Assembly: GCA_002633005.1 (NCBI GenBank)
Contig: NMRA01000635.1
Span: forward strand, 147,007 to 211,006
DNA length: 64,000 bases
Direction: 5' to 3'
DNA from: Phoronis australis
Lineage: Eukaryota; Animalia; Phoronida
Below, piece after piece: positions 1-11,839 of the stretch; positions within the stretch are counted from its first letter, which is position 1; each line of letters starts with the position of its first letter. A program made the position numbers and the translations under genes. The notes below the pieces were generated by a model. It made no database searches. It had not been told where the DNA came from and was given only the letters and a program-made list of their open reading frames with translations.

Positions 1-530
1 CATAAGAGCCTGATCAAACATGACTGGCATGTGCTGTTAAAAATTAAAGTTGAGTTATAAATGTTTGAACATAAACCAATAGCATTATTCTGATTTCCTC
101 ATATGCTGATCATGTTTAGGTTTTGAATGACAAAAATCGCCTAACTACAACTGAAGTGAAAACAATTTATTCTGTCTGAACGTACCAACTCACTTAGGTT
201 TGACTGTTTGACTGTTCACATGTGGTCAGTAATAAACTTAATTGGTAGATACTTGGTCTGCAACAGTTGTCATGGCCAGACAAAAGAATGTGCTTGGTAG
301 TTAATGAAGGAGCTAGCACATCTCTATATCAGGTAAAGTCACTGAACAGGGAAACACCCTTAATGGTACACACTTGTTGAGCCAGGTCTGAACCACATAG
401 GAACAATACAGACCACTGTAATTACACTAAGTCACAACATTTATAGCAACTCTAAGTCCGTAACTATATAAAAACTAGTTTTAGTGAATTATAACTTCAT
501 CAAAACATTTCAAATGAAGGTAAAATTTAC

Positions 531-734
531 CACAACAGTCATTTCGGTTCACTATAGTAACAGCAGAAATAGAGTACACAGCTAACAGGTCCACTCTCCA
601 CCAGGGGTCCTTCTCATCAACTGTGTGAGTACAGTAGCTGTAGTGCTGCCTCAGGTCCCCATCCACAGCTTTTGAAGATGTGTGAGTACCATGTGTGCTG
701 GACTGTTGAGTTGGTTTGTTAGCAGCAATATTCA
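531..734 (-). CDS. F-type lectin (fucolectin, F5/8-type-C-like fold) domain exon; gene probably continues left of the window
   Basis: Reads (V)NIAANKPTQQSSTHGTHTSSKAVDGDLRQHYSYCTHTVDEKDPWWRVDLLAVYSISAVTIVNRNDCC. It has the Ca2+ motif hhDG (AVDGD) and the fucose-binding H-x26-R-x-D with exact spacing. Flanked by a tttcag acceptor and a gtaaat donor; phase 1-1, 204 nt. Confidence 0.92.
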
Positions 735-1840
735 CTGAAATAAAACCAAAATAATGCGGAAGTTATTTTTAGGGAAATAACAAAACTGAGGGGACAATGT
801 CTTTGACAAGAATAGTCATTAATTGAGAGACTTTGAATAAGCAGTTAACCATGTAAAACACATTTTTGTTACATACAATTAAGTCAATGCCAAGTCTGAA
901 GAAATATTAGAACAATCATTTTAAATGTGAATTCAAAGAGAAGAGGTAAGGGTGGGAGGGGAGGATGAAGGGAGATGGAGAGGCACTGAGGGATAGAGCG
1001 TCAGGGAGGGGGGGGGCGAGTTTTACATTTGGCTGAAATGACAACACTGGAAACAAAACTAATTCCCACATTTCATAATAAGAAAGCCTATGCTTTTTGC
1101 AACAAAATTACATAATCGGAACATAACGTTTGAGTTAATTTTACTTGAATTAAGTTGCTATCCCAGGAATAATCTTTAGTGATTTACATGACTTAAACCT
1201 CCAATTTGTACAGAGGAGAGCAACGACAAACAAAGGGTCTGAAGAAGACTGACACTCGTTTTAATTCTATACCTTTTATTTTACTAGAAGATCGTGCTTG
1301 ATTGACCCATGAGGTCAGGCCAGTGATGATGTAAGTTGTTTACAATATAGCATACTTAGGTGGGTAGATTTCCTAAACCCCACTCAAAATCCTGGGACAC
1401 CCTCGCATATTCCCCAGTGGTGAAATATACTTCATTTACAAGAAACACAATCAAATGTAGCTTTTGTCTCAAATCTGCCACTACCACATAGTTCTTGGGA
1501 GAGTACATTGTTTGAGTGATGTGGTGAATCTACAGTGAGTGATAGGGCTTTAATTGTCTCTTACATGGGTCACAAGGGTACTGAATTTTGAGAACCAATT
1601 TGATGCCCCTAATTCTGTGGAGAAAACTGGTTTTCAAAACTAGTGACCCCTGTAAGTGAGAGTAGTAATAACAAGAGCATGCTAAGTAATGTTCTGCACC
1701 CATGACCACAGCTGCCAACAGCTGTCAAATTCCATGAAAATCTGACAAGGACCAAGATACAGAATAACTAAAAAATAAAATGAGAATGCTCGGAGGGGCG
1801 ACACTTGGCGAAATTGACTGAAAAGAAATTGATGATGACA

Positions 1841-1898
1841 ATTTATTATTTATTTATTATTGCGATATTTAAAATGAGGGTGGCACTGCTTTCCAAGA
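1841..1898 (-). mobile_element. Minimal LINE 3' tail inserted in HINE family B
   Basis: Reverse complement is tcttggaaagcagtg-ccaccctc-attttaaatatcgc(aata)n; absent from the paralogous unit at ~5465-5570; gatgatga occurs on both sides. Confidence 0.65.
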
Positions 1899-2211
1899 CG
1901 ATGATGAAGATGGTAGCGAAGATGAACATGGTGATAACAATCATATGATGAATGAAGATGTCAGAAATCAGTAAGAAATATAAGGTGAATATTATATATA
2001 CGTAAATAAAACAGCAAAAATGGGTCCATTTTTGTTGTTTTATTTATGTATATTTATTCTACTTTTCGACACACAAGTGTATCTTTTAGAGGATCTGGAT
2101 CGCCTCATTTAGTTTCAGATTTGTTTTCTACGTTATTTAAGAAATATAGTATTTCTACATAGAAGATAAACCAACATTTGTGCAGCATCAACAGAAAATC
2201 ACAAATAATTC

Positions 2212-3871
2212 AACAAGAGCAACGCGGAGCGTTGAAATGCGCCCACGAATGCATTGCAAATGGTGTGCTTTTAGGGTTATTTATTTGTATCATAAAAATG
2301 GCCACTAGATGGCGCAAAAACATACATGCCATATTTCATAAAAATCTGTCAAGGAACTTCAGAGAAACAAAGGAAAACAGAATAAAATGAAATTGCCACA
2401 ATTGGGCAGAGTCCGTTGGAACCGCATGAAATGAGTCGTCGTCGTTTATCTTCATATAAATACACTTACTAAATTTAGTAAAGATCCTGCAGTGGGTTTA
2501 GGATTATCAACTATGGGCGCAAAACAAAACTACCACTAGGAGGAACCACAATAGTCAGACACCATCATCAAAGGTCGTCTTCACACTGAGAACATATATG
2601 CCAATTTTCAAATGATTTGGTTGATACAGTGGTGGACACAAAAAACAAGATTTGAAAACAGCAAAAATGGCCACTAGATGGTGCAAAATACCTCGACTCC
2701 ATCCAAAAATAGGAAGATAGCGTAATCACACCAATAGATGCCTATATTTAAAATTTTATGAAAATCTGTTGAGGACCTTTGAAGATACAGAGTTAAACAT
2801 AAAAAACTAAAATTGCCACTAGGGGGCACAGCAGTAGTCAGATCTATTGACGACATCCATAGACAACATCACATAAATACACTTGCTAAATTAAGTAAAG
2901 ATCCTGTGAACGGTTTAGGAGATACAGCCATAGGCGCAAAAAAAACTGCCACTAGGAGGTGCCACAGTAGTCAAAATCGTGGAAAAATCATTGTCAACCG
3001 TCCTCTCTGTAGTAAGCACATACTCGAAAACAGTAAAAAATGGCCACTAGGTGGTGCAAACTACGTCAAATCCATCCGAAAACAGGGAGGATAGCGTCAC
3101 CTCACTAATAGGTGCCTACATATTAAATTTTATGAAAATCCAATGAGGAGTTTTGAAGATACAAAGGTAAACGTAAAAAAAAATAAAATTGTCACTAGGG
3201 GCACACCAGAAGTCGGATCCCTTCAAAAGTCGTCGTCATCCGTTGTTAGCATCACATAAACACACTTACTAAATTTCGTAAAGGTCCTGCGAACAGTTTA
3301 GGAGATACAGCCATAGGCACAAAAAAACAAAACTGCCACTAGGAGGCACCACAGTAGTCGAAATAGTCAGAAAATCATTGTCAACCATCCTCTTTCTGGT
3401 AAGCACATACATGCCAATTTTCACAATCATCCTTTGAGCGGTTTGGTTGATAGAGGTGGACGCAAAAAACAGACTCGAAAACAGTAAAAATGGCCACTAG
3501 GTGGTGCAAACTACGTCGAATCCATCTGAAAACAAAAGGGTAGTGTCACCTCACTAATAGGTGCCTACATACCAAATTTCATGAAAATCCGTTAAGGACT
3601 TTTGAAGACACAAAGGTAAGCGTAAAAAATTAAAATTGCCACTAGGGGGCACACTGGTACTTGGATCTGTTCGAAAGTTCGCTCATGTCGTCCCATCTAG
3701 GAAAGGACCACATGTGCAAAATTTCATGAACATACCTCAGTTGGTTTTGGAGATAGAGCAGCGGACGCCGGACGCCAGATGGACGCCGGATGGACGCCGC
3801 CCGGACGGACGGACGGACGCGGATGACGACATAATGCGTCCACATATAAATATACAGTGGGCGCATAAAAA
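2212..3871 (-). mobile_element. Helentron-associated non-autonomous element (HINE/DINE-1-like), family A, copy 1
   Basis: Sub-terminal inverted repeats ATGCGCCCAC (2237-2246) and GTGGGCGCAT (3857-3866). Terminal hairpin AACGC-GGA-GCGTT (2221-2233), a (GGAC)n microsatellite at ~3760-3825 and a central ~145-bp tandem array. Sits in an A/T run without an obvious TSD. Confidence 0.8.
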
Positions 3872-4474
3872 CTAGATGTCCCAGTGAATAATGGAAAACA
3901 TACTTTTGAAAGCCTGTTCAAAATACTATCTAAAAAATTTTAGAAAAAGTTCAAATTATGCATTTTTAAATTAGATGTCAAATAAATCGAAATGAGTAAG
4001 GCTGAAAAAATTGTTATAGTTCTTTTGAAAGAGTATTCATTAGAAAATCCACATGCAAAATTAAGGTAATTTGCTCTTTCCATTCAAAATGGCACTATTC
4101 CAAATGCGCCACATCCGCAATTTTGAATACAACCTTCAGCCGAGCAGCACTTGATAATAGCTACTCACAAAAAACTAACACATGAAAAATTTCTAAGCAA
4201 TTGGATCCAAAATGCGCCCTCTATACAGATTGAAGTGCATATGAGCAATAGTGGACATTTCCAAAAATGAATAATTTTTGGCGCATGTGTAGAACACGTC
4301 ATCTAAAATAATTGTACCGATTTTCAGCGTATGATACGCCTCTAAGAGCATTTGAATCTGAATTTGAAAACAAAATGGCCGCCACGTCTTGTAATAGATC
4401 ATGACGTGAAAAACAATAGGTTTCCAGCTTAATTTCAGAACTAGAGGTTGTGTGTGAATTTTGCGCAACTGGGA

Positions 4475-4618
4475 CAAAAATGTAACTTAGAGTACAAAGA
4501 AACAATTAAGCAAAAATGTAACTTAGAGTACAAAGAAACAATTAAGCAAAAATGTAACTTAGAGTACAAAGAAACAATTAAGCAAAAATGTAACTTAGAG
4601 TACAAAGAAACAATTAAG
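4475..4618. repeat. 36-bp tandem repeat x4
   Basis: caaaaatgtaacttagagtacaaagaaacaattaag. Confidence 0.97.
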
Positions 4619-6961
4619 CGTGTTGGGGTTAACAAACAGAAAGTGCAGCATAATTCAATCAACAAAGGAACAGCATCATCAAAAAATCCTGGATAATTCA
4701 AACACGAGATGTCGTAGCGGAAAATGAAAAAAATCTTCTGAAAGTTCGTTCAAATCCCTACTTAACGGATTAGTTTCCCACAATTTCACAATTTTTTTGG
4801 AAATTTTCAAAATTTTCAATTTCTTGGAAATTGAAAGTCAAATAACTCACTAACGGTAAGTCTGAGAAAAGAAATTGTTCTGGGTCATTTGAAAGTGTAT
4901 ACCTTACACTGAATCCACTGAATGCAATAATTCACCTCATTTCCTTCTCCCGTTCAAAATGAAACCCCTGAGCACGATTGAAAATTGATGATATCTCCTC
5001 AGATCCGCCATTTTGAAAACAACTTACAGTCAAGCAGTACTTGATAATAGCTATCTACAGGAGACTAACAAATAAAAAATTTCGAAGCAATTTGTCCTGC
5101 AATTTTTCCTACAATTTGCCCTCTACAGGACAAAACGTTTTCGTCTCGGAATTGAGGTGCCCAGTGGCCCATATTACCACAATCTTTGATCAGAAGTGAA
5201 TGATATCCAGCACATCTGTAGCAAATGTCTAATACAATAATTGTAATGATTTTGAACTGCGCACGTTAAAAATTGCGTCCTCTATGAGCATTCGAAGTCG
5301 AATTTGAGAACAAAATGGCCGCCATGTCCGCCATCTTGAATCTGATCGTGACGAAAAATAATAGGGTTACAATGCTTCTGGAACTTGAGGTTGTGCGTGA
5401 ATTTCGTACAAAACGGACGAAAAACGACTTGTGCAAACAACAAATGAAAGCGCTCGGCGAAGCAACACTTGGTGAAATTAATGGAAAGACCTCAATGAAG
5501 ATGATACTAGCAATGATGAACATGATGACAGCAATCATACGACGAATGAAGATGTCAGAAATCATCAAAAAATAATATTCTCTTCTTCCATGAAAGGTAA
5601 ACCAACAAAAGAGCAGCAACAATCAGTCAAGAAACAGCGTCATCAGAAAATCTTGGATCAAAAAACAAGACGACATAGCGAAAAATGGAAAACACATTCT
5701 GAAAGCCTATTCAAACGCCTACCAAACAAGTTAGTCTCTCAAAATTCCACAAAATTTTTGCATCTTTTTTAAATTGAAAGCCAAATAACTAAGAAAACAG
5801 TAAGTTTGAAAAAAAAACTTGTTAGAGGTTATTTGAAAGAGTATACCTAAAAGAATCCACATGCGAAAATTTACTTCACTTGCTCTTCCTATTCAAAATG
5901 GAACCTCAGAACAATTGAAAAATGAAATGCACAAGATCTGCCATTTTGAAAACAACTTCCGGTAGCAGCAATTGATAATAACTAACTACAAGAAACTAAT
6001 ATACCAGGTACACAAAATTTCGAAGCAATTGGTCCTACAATGTGTCCTCTAGAGGCCAAAACATTTTTGGGCTGAAATCGAGATGCACATGCGCAATGGC
6101 CGTTATTTCCACCATCCTTGATCGGAAATAAATGATTTAAGGCGCATCTGTACTACTTGTCTTCTACAATAAACATACCAATTTTCATCCCCTATGAGCA
6201 TTTCAATTCGAAAACAAAATGGCCACCATGTCTTCCTATTTTGAATCTGATGACGAAAAACAATAGGCTTCTAGCTACTCAGAACTACAGTCATGTGTGA
6301 ATTTCATGATAATCGGACAAAAACTGCGACCTGTAGAGTGCGAACAAACAAAAAACCGGGTGTCAGAGCAACATACTTGGTGAAATTCACCAAGTAAAAA
6401 TTCCACACGGAAGAAATCAGCGATTACTTAACTGGTTTATGGCAGCACTTGCGACAAGTTGAAGAGGCCAGTCAAAAAGCGACCATTTTATAAAAACCAC
6501 ACCCTACGGAAGCCCAATACAAATTAATTGCCCTTAACTGGAACCCCCAAGGGAGACGGAAGCAAGGTGAACTGTGAAAAATTGGAGAAGAACCATGACA
6601 CTCTCAACACCACCCTATTGGCATATCATGGAATGAGATCAAACAAAGACCAGCAAACAGACCAGATGGTGAGCTGCAGTCACAGAGGCCCTACACACCT
6701 CAAGGTGTCCAGAGGCATGAAGTCAACTAAGCCAGTTTGGAAAAAGGCATCACCATCATTCAATATTCTTCATGGCTCGTGTTGAAAAATCATGCATCAA
6801 CTTAATAATTGCGAAAAAGCCTGGGCTTTTACCCGTCTTAGATACAGTAAACACTCGAGATACCACTGCTTAAACTGATGACCCTGAAAGTCAGGAATGT
6901 GGGCGCTTAAACCACTGAGGACATTTCAAGAAATTGCAGGTGGCTGCCAACATGCACTTAA

Positions 6962-7541
6962 AGGCGAAGGCAACCCTTCTTCCTGTCATTTCTAGTAGAA
7001 ATAAGGTTCATTGATTATCTTAGACATATTTTTCAGTTAATTACAGTTTCTTGTAATGTAATTAATTACTCTTCCCCTACTCTGGAAGTGACATTTAGGA
7101 GTCAAGAATTAGTGCCATTTCTGTTCATATAGTCTAATTGACATGCCGCACAGTTGATGAGTAACGGGATATACTCATTATCATCTCACACACACTCTGG
7201 GCGTACCATTACATCGCTTTCCGAAAGATGACACACTTCTCAGTAATTGGCAGGTTTGTATGAAGAACACACTGTCAGTATTACCTAGCTTGTCATAGAA
7301 TACTCGTCAATGGGAAGTAGTGATGACAATTTGAAAAAAACTGCATGAAAACAACAACAGCACACTCCAACACAGAACCAAATTGGCGCGTAATTCTTGA
7401 CTCCCTAAACGTCACTTCCGGAAAATGGCACGAGTAATTAATTACATTACGAGTAGCTATAATTAACTGAAAAATCTGTCTGGGATAATCAACAAACCTT
7501 ATCTGTACTAAAAATGACATGAAAAAAGGTTGCCTTCACCT
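6962..7541. mobile_element. Kolobok-type non-autonomous element (MITE), same family as 51579-53577
   Basis: TTAA on both sides (6958-6961, 7542-7545); termini AGGCGAAGGCAACC...GGTTGCCTTCACCT; long imperfect TIRs homologous to those of the THAP element. Confidence 0.85.
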
Positions 7542-7889
7542 TTAACCTGATCGAGCCAAACAGTCGACTTGGCCATAATACTACAACTGACCTCGCATGT
7601 GAATTTTATCAATGGATATAATTTAGATAAATCTAAACACAGACTTCCTCCATTTGTTTGTGCAGTTCAAATTTTGGGACTCTATCGATTGAAGCATGCA
7701 AAGAAAATTGAACAAGAAACTAGATATGATATCTAATGCTGTTTACATATACAGTAATTAGTTTTGCATGAAATAAGAAGCCTCCAAACACGATAAAAGA
7801 ATGGTTCTTCTGAGAAATAAGTTTGTTGTAGCGTCGTGTGGTTGACTTTAGTCCTGGTAAGACTCAGTTTACATGTTGTTTTTGACACA

Positions 7890-8057
7890 CTACCAATAGG
7901 AAGCTACCAATAGGAAGCTACCAATAGGACGCTACCAATAGGACGCTACCAATAGGACGCTACCAATAGGACGCTACCAATAGGACGCTACCAATAGGAC
8001 GCTACCAATAGGACGCTTTAACCAACAGGGCGCTTTAACCAACAGGACGCTTTAACC
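7890..8057. repeat. 14-bp tandem repeat x9 followed by 17-bp variants
   Basis: ctaccaatagga(a/c)g, then ctttaaccaacaggacg. Confidence 0.95.
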
Positions 8058-10526
8058 ACAGGCGGATTTAGGGGGGGCCCAGTGGGCCCGGGCCCCCCCT
8101 TGGCTGCCGCAAAAAAAATAAAACAGCAAGAGCGTAGGGTAATATTGAGTTTATTAATTAACCCTGATAATTAAAATTATACGGATGAAACAAGATTTAA
8201 ATGTGCGCAGTTTAAGGTTTGGGGTGGGGGGAGGGCTCAGATCCAATTTCAAGTGCCAAATTCGGAACGCGGCTCATTTGTAACGGAAGTATGGCTAAGT
8301 ATAGACTCTCCCGCGATATCCCAGGCGACCAGCAGTGGCGCTGCGCACTACGACTCCATTTCCGTCGTCTGCTCCACTGTGCAATGAAGAAAATTTACTT
8401 CATTTTTTAAAGAAAATGGAACCTGAGTGACGATGAAAAAACAGATGCTGCTGGTAAGATGTGAATTTTAATCGAAGCCTTAGTGAATCACTCAGAAACT
8501 CATAATTCTCTTTTTGTCAAACTGACTTTTAAGTCTTAAAAGACGATTTCCTAAGCAACCCGTCATTATTGCCAACACGAAAAACGGATTTGGTCTTTTG
8601 GGCATTTGAAGAGTATTTTAACGTAGAAACTATATATCTGAAACTAAATAAGGCGATCCAGATCCTCCCAAGGATACTATTGTTTCAAGAAATGAAGAAT
8701 ATAAATCGGTAAATAAAACAACAAGAATGGATCAACTGAAATTTGAAATTTTCGGATGTAACAACTTCCTTTATCAACAAAAACAGAAATAAAGTAAAAT
8801 CAAACACAAAATGACAATTGACATATAAGATATGGTGTAATGAAAATGATACATTTTTGCGTAAAAAATTCAATGACATAGCTCCATAACCAACTTCTCA
8901 ATAATAAAACTGTCATACCGGTTATCAAAATAACACATAATACAACTAGCAATGAACATGTTTCAACAGATTCTGACTGTTATTCTCAAGGCTCAGAGCC
9001 TGTACTAGAGCATAAGGACCACCACAAAGTGTGAGCTGAGCGGTCTGCCTCAAGTGAACGACAGCTCAGACGACATCTCATGGCAATGAATCAGTTCATT
9101 CAATATTGTATTTTCACACCTTCAGCATGAGCTGTTAGATCAGTTAATTAGATCACTTGAAACAGAAAGCTGCAGTCAAGTCACCTGTATCTTGTCACAT
9201 GTAATGGCCCTAAGTGGTCTAAAACTTTGTAAAATTGGTGTCGAAGCCATCTCAATTACTTTCTTTTCCAAAAGCGAAAGTTACACCAATTTTCCTTTTC
9301 CTTTGAGATAATCATTGTATGAGCATTTGAGTTGGGACCTCGTGCTTCGATTTATTCAACAGGTCCTGCAATTGCTTCATCTGGTCAGAACAGTAAACTC
9401 GACTCTGACGCTGTTACCTATATATATGCAACACGTATCCTCTCGGCTGGCTACAGCGGCCACATTACTCCCCATCAATTTCTGTACTAATTTCATCCCA
9501 TGTATATTAAATGGGCGATAACGAGAGGTTTTCACCTTGTCAAAAATACATTTAACAACACCATCACTTAAAAATGTGCTTAGCTTTCATCAGCGATCTT
9601 TTCTGGTTTTGCACACATGTTCAATGAAGCATGTTTACAGGAATTAAGATAACTTTGGCGAAAAATATCAACTCTACTTTTTTGCTCGTCATTAACTTTT
9701 TCACCACGTGCAATAACTATGAAATGAGAATTTTGACGTTATGCAACAGGCAAGGATGAGTGTTAGACTGAGGGCAGCAAGAAACCTTGCAAAAAGTAGC
9801 ATGGGAATTAAGATATCCGTTGGACATTGCAAGATTTGTGTCCCTTGGGATTTTCATTCATCAACAAACGGGATTTTGCGTTCCTCAAAATGGCACCCCA
9901 TGAGGCCGGGAACTGAGCTCCAGAGAGCAACGACAGATTTTCATCGGGCACTAGTCGGATACAATGGACCCGGACTTAGAGAACCAGCAGTTTCATCCAC
10001 TATAAATAACGACCGTTATTTAGTGGATGAAATTGGTTCTCTAAATCAGGGTCCATTATATCCGACTAGTACTAAACGGATGTTTCATTTGACTCTATAC
10101 GCAATATTTTGTGATGAGTAACTTTTTATGAAGATGTACTATCGCCTGTGATAATGCCTATACTGGCTATAGCCGATCCTCAGTCAGTCAGTCAGTGGTA
10201 CTTGCCAGTTGGCATGTGGAAATTTCTACACATCCAATTCCATTTGCGAAGGTCAAATATAAAGATTTGTATATTGATAACCTGGAACCGATTTCCTTTT
10301 TCCCCACTGGCTCCAAAATGAGAACGAGAAAGATAAAACCGAAACCGAATCTATCCTCGTCAACTCGTACACCGAATCTATCCTCGTCAACTCGTACACT
10401 GAACATTAACAAGCAACAGGTTGACGATCGAAGAGTCCATCTGACTACAAAAATAACCCGTACACGAAGTGTTCTGACAGTTGTTAAATGTAAAATGGTT
10501 CGATATTAACTCAGTGATTAACTTAC

Positions 10527-10581
10527 CAGCTACAGAAAGAGGTAAAATGACGAGAATTATAAAATAAAGTCTGTCGTCCAT
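10527..10581 (-). CDS. Putative first coding exon (signal peptide) of the F-type lectin gene
   Basis: MDDRLYFIILVILPLSVA+G followed by a consensus gtaagt donor. Hydrophobic core ends in SVA, and phase 1 matches the lectin exon (G+TG = Val). An in-frame upstream ATG exists at 10626. Extra exons in between are not excluded. Confidence 0.65.
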
Positions 10582-11753
10582 GCTGTTTTCCCTTCGTTTT
10601 TGGGGTTTCACAGTGGTAGACAGCATTTTACTTCCTTGTGGCCGAAGGTTGTAAAACGACGAGACAAAACCACAAAAAGTTGAACTTTTCAACTGCAAAA
10701 CTTGTGCAAACCATTTAATTTATATTTTGATAATTCTATGGTCAAGTAAAATTGGCAAGTGTCTTTAAAAAACTTGAAATGTTACATGTGTGAAATTTCG
10801 CTTACTATTTATGAAATGGACTCGTCTAGTACTGTTACGGAACAATAAGCAGGGTTGCGTCTCGTGAACCCAAGGTAGTCGCCATGAAAGCTCATACGTT
10901 CACGTACTTCATGATTTCTGCAAGGCGACATCTCGCGAAGACTTAGATTCATTAAGTTTCTTGCGTCCACAAAACGCGACCACTAATGTCATCATGAACG
11001 CAGCGGCGCTGTCGGTAGCGACGTCAACCAATGCCCCCGACTAGGAATGCAAATGTTCAATCTGAGGGTGCGGTCAAAAACCTCAGAAACTATTTGACTT
11101 AGAACCGGAGGCTTCTCATTCCCTATGGCCGGTCATAAAAAGCAGTCTACACTGGCTATTTTTGTTTATTGAACCGCACCGAACTCGAGTTTGTCTACAC
11201 TTAAAACATCCCGTTTTGTTTAAACTCAAGACGACCAGAGCCATTCTCAATGAATCGCGACACCTCGACACCTGAGACACTCCATTTTCAAGTATCTTCA
11301 TATGGAGCTAACGTATTATTTGTTTCTTAGTTTAACGTATGAATGATAAGTTTTGAACAATTTCCTCAGCTCAGCAAGTGCAGTTATAGAGTTATTTCGT
11401 TGTTTTATTAGAGCATCTGGAATAATTTATTTGAAAACTGAAAAACGCGTTTGGGTCATTTTTCACTCTAAGAGTTTGTTTTCATTGGCAACAAACAATC
11501 TCATTGAGCAATTTTATCAATCAGCATGCTTGGTAAAATCGAGAAAAACAGCTCTTAGTATTTTATACTTTCTTGAGTATTTTTCATGGACATATAAAAA
11601 TTAAATTTTGAACTAAATTTTTACTTTTTTAAAACACGTCGTTTGTTTATAACTGTGTTTTATAAAAACAGGTGCCGTGGTGTTTGCACTTGTCTTAATT
11701 TTCATTAACGACTATCGATCATTCAAAAACTGGTAGCTAATATCCGGTATCTC

Positions 11754-11839
11754 GAGGGCTCTCTTGGAAAGCAGTGCTATCACTGAAGAGGCCACCCTCA
11801 TTTTAAATATCACAATAATAAATAAATAAATAAATAAAA
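11754..11839 (+). mobile_element. Short LINE 3'-end fragment (stem-loop plus (AATA)n tail)
   Basis: GAGGGCTCTCTTGGAAAGCAGTGCTATCACTGAAGAGGCCACCCTC followed by attttaaatatcac(aata)n; same architecture as the LINE tail at 47881-47961. Confidence 0.75.

Larger units (their letters stand above)
1775..6400 (-). mobile_element. HINE-like family B: about three tandem ~800-950-bp units hosting nested insertions
   Basis: Recurrent blocks (gaaagcctgttcaaa; gccattttgaaaacaac; aaaatggccgcc; gaaaaacaatagg) at ~3900-4480, 4650-5440 and 5600-6350. Sub-TIR ACACTTGG(C/T)GAAATT at 1801 and ~5465; terminal hairpin TACTTGGTGAAATTCACCAAGTA at ~6374-6396 followed by an A run. Confidence 0.6.

Noticed and set aside
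4441-4701. Repeat-peptide ORFs (QKCNLEYKETIK)n
   Set aside because: 36-bp tandem repeat within a non-coding element.
6875-6900. Possible hammerhead ribozyme (CTGATGA followed by a cctga/tcagg stem)
   Set aside because: No GAAA after stem II, and I could not form stems I and III.
9741-10121. 126-aa plus-strand ORF in the lectin intron
   Set aside because: No recognisable domain or splice support; treated as a chance ORF.
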